A stretch of DNA of 32,000 bases from Candidatus Harpocratesius repetitus (GTDB lineage: Archaea > Asgardarchaeota > Lokiarchaeia > Sigyniarchaeales > Promethearchaeaceae), in contig JAIZWK010000001.1 in assembly GCA_021498095.1 (NCBI GenBank), forward strand, positions 750,001-782,000. The letters run 5' to 3'. Shown one piece after another: positions 8,982 through 18,127 of this stretch (position 1 is its first letter; each line of letters begins with the position of its first letter). Position numbers and translations under genes: made by a program. The notes under the pieces are model-generated. The model did not search any database. It was given only the letters and a program-made list of their open reading frames with translations, and was not told the DNA's origin.

Positions 8982-10121
8982 TTAATATAAATTCAAATTT
9001 TCTTCATTTATTGAGCGGATTTCACTAATATTGAAGAATTCATCTGCTAAAGAAGGTCGTTGTGGATTAAACTGCTGTGTGAATTCAGGTTTGATAAATG
9101 TATAATTTGAGTTTCCTAACATTTGGGGTGATTTTACACCTGTAATTAATAACATAACTCTAATTATTCCTGTTAAATTTGGATCTACTCTCGCTCCCCA
9201 AATCACTTGAGCATTCGGATCCATTCGCTCAGTTATTAATTCTGCTACACGCGTTGTTTCAATTAATGTGAGATCATTTCCTCCGGAGACATGAATAAGT
9301 GCACCTTTCGCTCCAGATATATCAAAATCAAGTAGAGGGGAGTTAAGGGCATCTTCAATAGCTTCTTCGACACGATGTCTTGGATCATCACCCTCACCAA
9401 TTCCCACTATAGCCATTCCTGCAGAACTTAAGATTGTTCGAATATCAGCATAATCTAAATTAATAAGAGATGGTAAAGAAATAGTTTCAGTAATTCCTTT
9501 AACCATTGTGGCCAAAACTTCATCTGCTAAACTAAATGCTTCGGTTATTGGCAAATCTGCAGCAATTTCTAATAAACGGTTATTGTCTATTAATACAAGT
9601 GTATCTACATAATTTTTAAGAGCATTAACTCCTTCTTTTGCTCTTGAAACACGTTTCATTTCTGCTTGAAAAGGCATGGTAATTACTGCTACCACAATTG
9701 CACCTTGATTTTTTGCAATTTGAGCAATGATTGGTGCACTTCCTGTTCCTGTTCCTCCTCCCATTCCGCAAGTGATGAAAACTAAATCCCCTTCTTGCAA
9801 TATTTTTTCTAGTTCTACATAGGATTCTTCTGCAGCTTTTCTACCAATTTCTGGTTGTCCTCCTGCACCTAAACCACGAGTTAAGTTGCTTCCAATTAAC
9901 AACTTAAAGTGAGCATGGACTGCTTCTAAATGTTGTCTATCCGTATTAATTGCTACACATCTAGCTCCCCGAATTCCAATTTTCATTAAACGATCTACTG
10001 TATTATTACCAGCTCCACCACATCCTAGAATAAGGATGTTAGCTTGACCAATTTCTGTTTTAAAAACATCCGTTTTTTTTGCATTTATATTTATAGGGGA
10101 GGTAGTTAGGTGTTGTTTCAT
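8982..10121 (-). CDS. ftsZ: Cell division GTPase FtsZ
   Basis: GCGGAGNN, AINTD, GMGGGTGTG, T7 loop INLDYAD, IWGAR. Confidence 0.97.
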   Translation of the reverse strand: MKQHLTTSPININAKKTDVFKTEIGQANILILGCGGAGNNTVDRLMKIGIRGARCVAINTDRQHLEAVHAHFKLLIGSNLTRGLGAGGQPEIGRKAAEESYVELEKILQEGDLVFITCGMGGGTGTGSAPIIAQIAKNQGAIVVAVITMPFQAEMKRVSRAKEGVNALKNYVDTLVLIDNNRLLEIAADLPITEAFSLADEVLATMVKGITETISLPSLINLDYADIRTILSSAGMAIVGIGEGDDPRHRVEEAIEDALNSPLLDFDISGAKGALIHVSGGNDLTLIETTRVAELITERMDPNAQVIWGARVDPNLTGIIRVMLLITGVKSPQMLGNSNYTFIKPEFTQQFNPQRPSLADEFFNISEIRSINEENLNLY

Positions 10122-10209
10122 GCGATCCGATCCTTCACTTGACGTATAGGAAAAAAAAAGCTATCTCGAGTTTTTAGATGTGATAATATCTACGTATATA
10201 TAAGAAAAA

Positions 10210-11463
10210 TTAAGAATTAGGAAATATAAGGGAGTTTGATCTAGTTTTGTATTCAATAATTTGTTTTTTACTCAGAAATAGGATATTTGGAAAGGAATAA
10301 GGAAAGCGTGTTGACCATGTTAACGCATATGCCCCCACATTGGCGATAACTATAATATCACCACGTGATACCGATTTTGTGAAATTATAATTTTTAATTA
10401 AAATATCTTGATCTGATGGGATGTTTCCCATAAAATCAAACGGACTATTTGGTGCTTCTGTGATTCTGGTTGCATTATAAAATCTTAAAGATGATTTCAT
10501 AAATTTAGGAATGTAGTTATTTCCAATATTAAGAAAGACAACTTTATGGATGGGATCAACCCGTATAACTTCAGCGATACAAAATCCTGTGTCTTCGACA
10601 ATAAATCTTCCAGGTTCATAAAATATAATGGAATTTTGGAATCCTGCTTGGTAAAGCATGTTTTTACATCCAACTAAATATGTTCGAAATTCTTTTTCTT
10701 TCAAAGAATCTGCATTGGAAAATCCTCCCCCAATATCTAGAATTTTTGAAGACAATCCTGATATTTTTTTTATTTTTTGAACAATTTCAATTAAATTCTT
10801 CATGTTCTCTTCATATTGAAGCCATGTTTTTAATCGTGTTCCAAAATGAGATAAAACTCCTGCATATTCAACATTTGTGTTTTTTTTAAATATTTCACTT
10901 ATTAATTTATATGTTTCTTTATTATTATGTAGTCCATGACGGCTGGTATATTTTTTTGTCTGAAATTTAAGGAGTATTTTTGGACAATAGTTGGAATTTG
11001 CTCCTAAAATTTTAGTAATTGTTTGAGAAATGCGGGATATATCAATTAAATCATATATAACTATATAAGGAATTTGCATTTGAACAATTTGCATTAAGAA
11101 TTTATCAGGGAGATAAGGACCACCAACAATGATCTTTGTATGGTCAAATCCAATTCTTTTCAGCATCTGAAGTTCAGTTAATGAGACAATTTCAGCACCA
11201 AACTGCTCTTCTTTCACAATTTCAGCTGTTTTTTGAAGATAATTTGATTTTACAGAATAAAAACCCTGTGACTGAGGGAAAATCTCTGAAAATATTGAGG
11301 AGATATAATTAATATTTTCTTGAATTTTCTCTTCGAGGAAAAGGAATATAGGTGTTTCCCACTTTTTAGCTAAATCCAAACATGAAAAATTACCAATTTT
11401 TAATTTTCCATCTTCTACATTTACATATTTATTTCCATATAACCGTTTTTTCTCTTTTCCCAT
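10210..11463 (-). CDS. Fold-type III PLP decarboxylase (LysA/ODC family), atypical C-terminal motif
   Basis: YSVKSN (PLP Lys), HFGT, DIGGGF, EPGRF, GAY; GNIPSDQD replaces GPxC[ED]xxD. Confidence 0.8.
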   Translation of the reverse strand: MGKEKKRLYGNKYVNVEDGKLKIGNFSCLDLAKKWETPIFLFLEEKIQENINYISSIFSEIFPQSQGFYSVKSNYLQKTAEIVKEEQFGAEIVSLTELQMLKRIGFDHTKIIVGGPYLPDKFLMQIVQMQIPYIVIYDLIDISRISQTITKILGANSNYCPKILLKFQTKKYTSRHGLHNNKETYKLISEIFKKNTNVEYAGVLSHFGTRLKTWLQYEENMKNLIEIVQKIKKISGLSSKILDIGGGFSNADSLKEKEFRTYLVGCKNMLYQAGFQNSIIFYEPGRFIVEDTGFCIAEVIRVDPIHKVVFLNIGNNYIPKFMKSSLRFYNATRITEAPNSPFDFMGNIPSDQDILIKNYNFTKSVSRGDIIVIANVGAYALTWSTRFPYSFPNILFLSKKQIIEYKTRSNSLIFPNS

Positions 11464-11509
11464 AAATTTTTCCTCTTGCTAATTTGATATTTTGTTTATT
11501 TTAATTTAG

Positions 11510-12868
11510 CTATAAATTATTACTATTCTTGGAATGAATTAACTCATGATATTTTTTGAGAGTAAGTTCTGAAATTTTTGTCCAATTATTATTCAAAATC
11601 ACTTTATTATAACCTAATTCTCCCATATTCTTCTTTAAAGAGGAATTTTGAAGAATTTTTATTATCGTTTTTGCTAATTGATCAATGTTATCGAATTCAA
11701 CCACCAAGCCATCTTTATTAATATTAACAACTTCGTGCATGGCTGGAATATTCGCTGCAATCACTGGAGTCTTTGTTGCCCATGCTTCTAAATATGCTAT
11801 TCCATAGGCATCTGATCTACTGGGCATGCAATAAACATCAGCTAATTGAAAGGCTCCGATCTTTTTTTTATCATACATTCCTGTGAGATTTTCAGGTGAA
11901 ATATTGATAATCTTAATGTTTGTTGCCTTTTTTTTTATTTCAGCTAATTGATAATTAAATGCAGTTGTTGAGGGGCCAATAAAGACAACGCTAAACTGAT
12001 GGATTTTTTGTATTAACAAGGGAATGCTTTTTAATAAAGTCAATGCCCCTTTTTCATAATTTTTATATCCACAGAATAAAATCACTGGTGATTTAGGCTG
12101 ATAAATATTAATAAAATGGGAACGGTAATCATCTTGATTAAATCGGTTTGTATCTACTCCCATTGTTAAAATTTCAATCTTATTCTCATCAATTCCATTC
12201 GATATTAAAACATCTTTTTCATATTTAGTGCAAGCAAAAATACAATCGAAGATCTTTAAAATTTGATAAAAAATTGGTTTTTGATATCTAATATTTGCAA
12301 AATGTAGAAATGGTGTAATGCATGATGGTATTTTATAATATTGGGCAATAAGCAAACTGTATATAATATTTAGATATGGTAAATATGTGCAATGAATGAT
12401 ATTTGGTACAAATTTCAATGAATTTTCAAATTGTTCGTGGAATAGATCATATATAAATTCAGGAAGAATAGGTCCATTTTTAATAACATCTTTTAAATCA
12501 TTTTCATCAAGGTTTAGGTATTGTTTTGTTAGTTCAAAGAGCATTGAATATATATTTTTTTCATATTTTTTATTTGAAGGATGAGAATCAGAATTAAGAA
12601 CACGGTATCGATGAATCTTAAGATTTTTATATTGGCTAAAATATTTATGAGAAGTATCAATCGTTCTTCCATGTCCATGTAGGGATGCAAAATCAATAGC
12701 TGTTGAAGTGATAACTGAAACTTGTATTTTTATCTCTAAGGTTGATTTCTTGGATGATCTTCGAGAAATCCTTAAAAATTCTCTTCCAAGTCTTTCTAAT
12801 AAGAAATCTCCACCACTAATAGCTGGAAAAAATCGTGTAGGAAATAGCAAAATGTTTAATTGTTCCAT
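11510..12868 (-). CDS. GT4-family glycosyltransferase
   Basis: FFPAISGG, MGVD, YKNYEKG, PSRSDAYGIAYLEAWATKTPVIA. ATG at 12868 preferred as start. Confidence 0.9.
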   Translation of the reverse strand: MEQLNILLFPTRFFPAISGGDFLLERLGREFLRISRRSSKKSTLEIKIQVSVITSTAIDFASLHGHGRTIDTSHKYFSQYKNLKIHRYRVLNSDSHPSNKKYEKNIYSMLFELTKQYLNLDENDLKDVIKNGPILPEFIYDLFHEQFENSLKFVPNIIHCTYLPYLNIIYSLLIAQYYKIPSCITPFLHFANIRYQKPIFYQILKIFDCIFACTKYEKDVLISNGIDENKIEILTMGVDTNRFNQDDYRSHFINIYQPKSPVILFCGYKNYEKGALTLLKSIPLLIQKIHQFSVVFIGPSTTAFNYQLAEIKKKATNIKIINISPENLTGMYDKKKIGAFQLADVYCMPSRSDAYGIAYLEAWATKTPVIAANIPAMHEVVNINKDGLVVEFDNIDQLAKTIIKILQNSSLKKNMGELGYNKVILNNNWTKISELTLKKYHELIHSKNSNNL

Positions 12869-12934
12869 TTTAATTCTACAGCCACTCAACAAATTCTACA
12901 ATATTTTATTAAAGTTATTTCTTATGATAAGTTG

Positions 12935-13315
12935 ATGAACCTTTTTGATGAATTAAAAAATGAGGGAAAATTAACTGGTTCCTTGGTTGTAAAATTCCAA
13001 AAAACATATGGTAAATTATTCTTTCGATCCTTAGAATTACTGCAAAATGGTGCAGTTTCAATTCATAAAAATATTTTTCTTCCATCTAATTTAGTGATTT
13101 GGGCAGTTCAAGGGAAATCAGGTTATTATTTATTATATCCTGGGATTTTTTGTCAATGTCACAATTTTTTACTTGATTATATATATAGAAAACAGAAATT
13201 TGGGTTCTGTAAGCATTTGTTTGCTCAAAAAATGGCCGAAAGTCTCAATATTTTTAAAATTCACGAACATTCTGATAAAGATTATCAAAATTGGATGAAA
13301 CAATTCTTGCCTTGA
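12935..13315 (+). CDS. SWIM zinc-finger protein
   Basis: CQCHNF...CKHL (CxC-xn-CxH). Confidence 0.75.
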   Translation: MNLFDELKNEGKLTGSLVVKFQKTYGKLFFRSLELLQNGAVSIHKNIFLPSNLVIWAVQGKSGYYLLYPGIFCQCHNFLLDYIYRKQKFGFCKHLFAQKMAESLNIFKIHEHSDKDYQNWMKQFLP

Positions 13316-13646
13316 AAGATTTCCACTTGATTAGTATATTTTAATAATATTATTCTTTCATTTTCAGTGGTTATTAATATTAAAAAACGACTTTATTCGA
13401 CATAAATAACAGTATTTATTTTTAGTAATAATAAAATATTTTGAAGCTTAAACCAGAATCATGTCGACAAAAAACGACAAATAATGTTATTTATATTATT
13501 CTGAAGATTTCTCTTTTATGCATTTTTTTTCCGTTTTTTATTTAAAATAATAAACCAATAAATATTACTATTTATCATAATATATACTAATTAATACTCC
13601 TTCATACTAATCAAAACGAAAAAAAGAAATTAATTATGGGTCAAGA

Positions 13647-14600
13647 TTGAGTAATAAAACGATGTCGCCACAAAAAAAAGTAACTCCTCAATCATTCATT
13701 TGTATGAAAGAAAAACAAGAAAAAATAACTGTTCTAACAGCATATGATTATATGATGGCAAAAGCTTTTGATTATTCTGGAATTGACGCTCTTTTAGTTG
13801 GAGATTCTATGGGAATGGTTATCTATGGAAGAAACAGTACATTAAAGGTAACTTTAGATGATATTATCAGACATACTTCTGCTGTTGCACGAGGTTCTGA
13901 ACATGCAATGGTAATTGCTGATATGCCTTTCATGAGCTTTGCAACTCCTGAAATTGCTTTATTAAATGCCGGAAAAATACTTCAAGAAGGTGATGCTGAT
14001 GCAGTCAAAATTGAAGGAGGCCATGAACGAGTCGCAACTGTAAAACTTTTGACTTCTAATGGAATTCCAGTAATGGGTCATATTGGATTAACACCTCAAT
14101 ATTATCATCAGTTAGGGGGTTATAAATTACAAGGAAAAACAGCAAAAGCTGCAGAAAAATTACTTGAAGATGCTATTTTATTAGAAGAAGCAGGCACCTT
14201 TTCAATTGTATTAGAGATGGTTCCTTGGCAAATAGCTCGAGAGATTTCTCAACATCTTCATATTCCTACCATCGGAATTGGTGCAGGTAGTGGTTGTGAC
14301 GGACAAGTTTTAGTTGCACAAGATATGTTAGGTTTTTCTAATTCTAAGAAGTTTAAATTTGTTAAACAGTATGCAAATATTTGGAAAACCATGGTAGATG
14401 CCGCTGAGGCCTACATACATGATGTGAAAACTTTATCATTCCCAACAACAGATAATAGCTTTAACATTTCTGAAACAGAGTATTCGGAGTTTCTTCATCT
14501 CATATCTCAAGATTTAAAAATTCTCTCCCGTAAAAAAAATAAAAATGAAAAAAGTACTAAATCAGATAGTAGTTCTATCGGTAAAATTTATGGAAATTAG
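13647..14600 (+). CDS. panB: 3-methyl-2-oxobutanoate hydroxymethyltransferase
   Basis: LTAYD, LVGDSMG, ADMPF, AVKIEGG, GHIGLTPQ, GIGAG, DGQVLV. Confidence 0.97.
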   Translation: MSNKTMSPQKKVTPQSFICMKEKQEKITVLTAYDYMMAKAFDYSGIDALLVGDSMGMVIYGRNSTLKVTLDDIIRHTSAVARGSEHAMVIADMPFMSFATPEIALLNAGKILQEGDADAVKIEGGHERVATVKLLTSNGIPVMGHIGLTPQYYHQLGGYKLQGKTAKAAEKLLEDAILLEEAGTFSIVLEMVPWQIAREISQHLHIPTIGIGAGSGCDGQVLVAQDMLGFSNSKKFKFVKQYANIWKTMVDAAEAYIHDVKTLSFPTTDNSFNISETEYSEFLHLISQDLKILSRKKNKNEKSTKSDSSSIGKIYGN

Positions 14601-14623
14601 AACTAATCAGGATTTGGCCCAAA

Positions 14624-15592
14624 GTGGGAGAAAAGCAAAATATTTATGTGGGAACCTGTGGTTGGGTATATCAACCGGATTGGGTTGACATTTTTTACCC
14701 TAATTTTCTTGCTTCTTCGTTATACCTAGAATATTATTCAAGTATATTTAATTCAGTTGAGATTGATAGTAGCTTTTATTATACACCAAAAAGGGAAACA
14801 GTGGAGAAATGGTGCTATATTACGCCTAATTATTTTCGATTTAGTGCAAAAATTAACCAAAAAGTTACTCACATTGCAAAATTAGATCTAAGAAAATGTA
14901 AAAATGATTTAATTCAATATCTTGAAAATTTCCTTCCAATGGAAGCTGAAAACAAACTGATAGCTCATTTAATTCAATTACCACCAAGTTTTTCATACGA
15001 AGAAAAGAAAGATAAACAGAATTTTGAAGACTTTATTTCATTTTGGTTAGAATGGCGGGAAAGTCGTGGAAGAGAACTTTTAGGGGATAAAACTTCTAAA
15101 AATTCATGGCAAGGGGTCGTGGAATTCCGAAATAAGACATGGATACGAGATTCAATTATGGATTTACTTTCTGATTATCAAATCGGATATTGTGCTGTGG
15201 TTGAGCCGTTACTTCCTCCTACATTCATAAATCCTGTTAAAGATTTACTTTATCTAAGGTTTCATGGTTATGGTAAAAATCCATGGTGGAATTATCTATT
15301 TAATGACACAGAATTAAATCAATGGGCCAGAAAAATCAGTATTTTTCATACAGATAATCCTTCAACTAAAATTGCTGCCTATTTCAATAATCATTTTAGT
15401 GGATACGCCGTTAAGAATGCACTTGATATATTACCCAAGCTTAATCTTAAACCCCAACAACCAGTTAAACTTGTACAAGAAAATTTTCGAAAAAAACATA
15501 AATCAAAAAAAAGATATTCCCCATCTCCAAAGAATAAAAATCCAAATTTATCCAAAAAAAATAGATTAGACAATTGGTTCCAACTAAAATAA
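14624..15592 (+). CDS. DUF72 (YecE-like) TIM-barrel protein
   Basis: GTCGW, VEIDSSFY, QLPPSF, VEFR, YLRFHG, YFNNHFSGYAVKNA. Confidence 0.92.
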   Translation: MGEKQNIYVGTCGWVYQPDWVDIFYPNFLASSLYLEYYSSIFNSVEIDSSFYYTPKRETVEKWCYITPNYFRFSAKINQKVTHIAKLDLRKCKNDLIQYLENFLPMEAENKLIAHLIQLPPSFSYEEKKDKQNFEDFISFWLEWRESRGRELLGDKTSKNSWQGVVEFRNKTWIRDSIMDLLSDYQIGYCAVVEPLLPPTFINPVKDLLYLRFHGYGKNPWWNYLFNDTELNQWARKISIFHTDNPSTKIAAYFNNHFSGYAVKNALDILPKLNLKPQQPVKLVQENFRKKHKSKKRYSPSPKNKNPNLSKKNRLDNWFQLK

Positions 15593-15605
15593 AGAGAAGA
15601 TATGT

Positions 15606-16586
15606 ATGAAAATATTAATTATTGGAGCAGGATCTTTAGGATGTCTTTTTGGGGCAAAACTTGCCTTGAATAATCATGATGTTTATGCTATAGGTTCAGA
15701 AAAAATATATAAAAAAGTGTATGAAGAAGGTCTATTTTTTCAAGAATTTAATAAACCTGCTGAAAAATTAACACATATTCACTTTTTTGCTTCTCAGAAT
15801 GAGTTTCTAAATGAAAAAATTAATCAATCAAATTTTGATCTCTGTATAATTTCCTGCAAAGCTTATTCACTTTCTCAAATTACTTCTCAATACGAATCAT
15901 TAATCTCACAATTTCAGAGTGTGTTTTTACTTCAAAATGGATTGGGTAATGAAGAAATTTTGAAAAGTAAATTTCCTAATCTTAAGATTTATCGAATTAT
16001 TTCTTCAATGGGTGCAATGCTTGAAAATTATAATCATATTATTCAAACTGGAGATGGATTGAATTTTATCTGTAGAATTTCAAATTTGACCCATGAAAAT
16101 AACACAGAAGGAAATCGAGAAGAAGTCAAAATTTCTGAAATTATTCGAAATTTTAATAAAGCAGGTATTTCAATTAAGAAAGCAAAGAATTCACTTAAAA
16201 AAATATGGGAGAAAGCTATAATTAATATTGTAATTAATCCTCTTGGAGCACTCCTAAATGAGAAAAATGGAAATTTATTGAATAATCCATATTTTTGGAA
16301 ATCTGCTGAACATTTGATTCATGAAATATTGATGGTAATGGAAAGTTATCAGTTACCCTTTGATTCATTTGATGAAATTCATAAAAAAATCAAAATAGTC
16401 TTAGAAAAAACAAAAGATAATAGTAATAGTATGCTTCAAGATCTTAGGAGAAATAAACCAACAGAAATTGAGTTTTTAAATCAGAAAATAGTTGATCTTG
16501 GTAAAAAAAGAAAAATTGCCACCCCTTTTAATAAAACGATTGTAATCTTAATAAAAGCACGGGAATTTTCCTTAAAAAATCATTAA
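15606..16586 (+). CDS. panE: 2-dehydropantoate 2-reductase
   Basis: GAGSLG, KAY, LQNGLG, WEKAIIN, NSNSMLQDL, TEIEFLN. Confidence 0.9.
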   Translation: MKILIIGAGSLGCLFGAKLALNNHDVYAIGSEKIYKKVYEEGLFFQEFNKPAEKLTHIHFFASQNEFLNEKINQSNFDLCIISCKAYSLSQITSQYESLISQFQSVFLLQNGLGNEEILKSKFPNLKIYRIISSMGAMLENYNHIIQTGDGLNFICRISNLTHENNTEGNREEVKISEIIRNFNKAGISIKKAKNSLKKIWEKAIINIVINPLGALLNEKNGNLLNNPYFWKSAEHLIHEILMVMESYQLPFDSFDEIHKKIKIVLEKTKDNSNSMLQDLRRNKPTEIEFLNQKIVDLGKKRKIATPFNKTIVILIKAREFSLKNH

Positions 16587-16601
16587 TATATTTTATTATT
16601 T

Positions 16602-16913
16602 GAGGATGTTTCATCTTTTTTAATTTAAACGCTTTTTTGAATATCATTCATATATATCCGACTTATATCTGAAATATCGCAATTCTTTTTTTGTCGAACT
16701 CGATTTTTTCAAAGAATTTGTTAAAAATTTACCATCCTGTTTATAAATTCTTCAATCTAATGTCTATTTTATTATAATTCTTGATTTACAAATCTTGAAT
16801 TTAGCACCTTGGTAAAATCGACAAAAAATTAGGAAGGATATTTTAGATTTGAGTCGGGAGAATTAAGATGATGAAATGAGAAACTTCGAATCTTTGAAAT
16901 TTAAAATACCCTC
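16602..16913. mobile_element. MITE-like non-autonomous element, copy 2 (312 bp, inverted relative to copy 1)
   Basis: GAGGATGTTTCA...TAAAATACCCTC. Flanked by 4-bp direct repeat ATTT (16598-16601, 16914-16917). Lies between convergent gene ends. Confidence 0.8.
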
Positions 16914-16933
16914 ATTTCTAAAAAATGAATTTT

Positions 16934-17473
16934 TTATGAATAATCTTTTTCATATACAACTTGACTGACTCTTCGTCTTCTAACTTGAAAATCATGATCT
17001 AATTGTGCTACAATTACATGTTCTGGATTTCCATGAACATATGAAATATCAACAACAGGATCCTTAGATTCTAAGACTAATTTTTTTGGAACTGGCATGA
17101 GGATAGGTTTTGATCCACACATGTTACATTCAATTAAGATATATTTAATTGATTTGGTTTCCTTTTTTGCTAAAATCCGCATTTGTTTTTTATCAATATC
17201 TACTTTAATTGGTTTTTTTTTAGGTGCTGGTGGAATTCCTAAGGTGGGATCTAATTTTTGATTCGATTTTGAAGATATTGAATTATTATTTAATTTAGTT
17301 GGAATTGCAAGTAGTTCTTCTTTTTCTTTAGAAATTTCATAATTTTTTAAGAACATAATAAAAACATTATCCCAACCTATTTCTTGCTCTTTTTGGGTTT
17401 CTTGTAAATCTTTTTTAATTTCCGTCAATTTTTCCCAGATTTCTTTCGTGACTGTAATTTTTTTTAAGGTCAT
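16934..17473 (-). CDS. Hypothetical protein: ribbon-helix-helix-like N-terminus plus putative C2H2-ligand metal-binding C-terminal domain
   Basis: KKITVTKEIWEKLTEIK...WDNVF resembles RHH. C-terminal CNMC...HGNPEH. Confidence 0.55.
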   Translation of the reverse strand: MTLKKITVTKEIWEKLTEIKKDLQETQKEQEIGWDNVFIMFLKNYEISKEKEELLAIPTKLNNNSISSKSNQKLDPTLGIPPAPKKKPIKVDIDKKQMRILAKKETKSIKYILIECNMCGSKPILMPVPKKLVLESKDPVVDISYVHGNPEHVIVAQLDHDFQVRRRRVSQVVYEKDYS

Positions 17474-17582
17474 TCCCTCTCTCACGTGAGTAATTACTTT
17501 TTTATAATGTAATTAAATTTTTTTATAATTTAAAGCAGTCGATAAATTCATTAAGTTACAACTCCATAATTATTTCGATTGT

Positions 17583-18083
17583 TTGATGAAACATATACGT
17601 TTAAGGAGTTTTCCAACAAAATGTCGTTATTGTGGGAAAATGATTCTTTATTGGGAAAGCACGCGTGGAGCAAAAGTTTTCTTTAATCTCCCTATTTATG
17701 GCAAACCAATTCGACACCTATGTCGAAAATCAAAAAACTTAAAAAATCCACCAATAATTAAAGAAACCGCTCTCGATCATTTAAAAAAAAAACTTGAAAA
17801 GCAGTCATTTCAATGCCCTGTTTGTGGAAAAATTTGTTCTACAGAAAAAGCTTTAAATAATCATATTCATCAAATGCAGAAATATGATGATCCTCATGCA
17901 GAATTCTCAGAAATGCTTGAGTTCATAGATTTTAATGAAAACTCACTAAACTTTAAATCTAATCCCCAAAGTTCTTTCAAAACGAATCATTCTATTAAAA
18001 CAATTCAAGACAGATTTATTTTAAAAACACACCGAAAAGAAGATAAAATCAAATTTGAAAATCTTATTAGGCGAAAGAAATAA
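17583..18083 (+). CDS. Double zinc-finger protein (CxxC...HxC and C2H2-like)
   Basis: CRYC...HLC and FQCPVCGKICSTEKALNNH...H. Confidence 0.65.
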   Translation: MMKHIRLRSFPTKCRYCGKMILYWESTRGAKVFFNLPIYGKPIRHLCRKSKNLKNPPIIKETALDHLKKKLEKQSFQCPVCGKICSTEKALNNHIHQMQKYDDPHAEFSEMLEFIDFNENSLNFKSNPQSSFKTNHSIKTIQDRFILKTHRKEDKIKFENLIRRKK

Positions 18084-18127
18084 ATTATAAACAACGAAAA
18101 AATACCCTAAATGGAGAAGTTAAAATA

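Noticed and set aside
634-16913. The two inverted MITE copies as ends of one 16-kb composite transposon or inversion
   Set aside because: Each copy has its own distinct TSD, indicating independent insertions, and the enclosed genes are core housekeeping genes.
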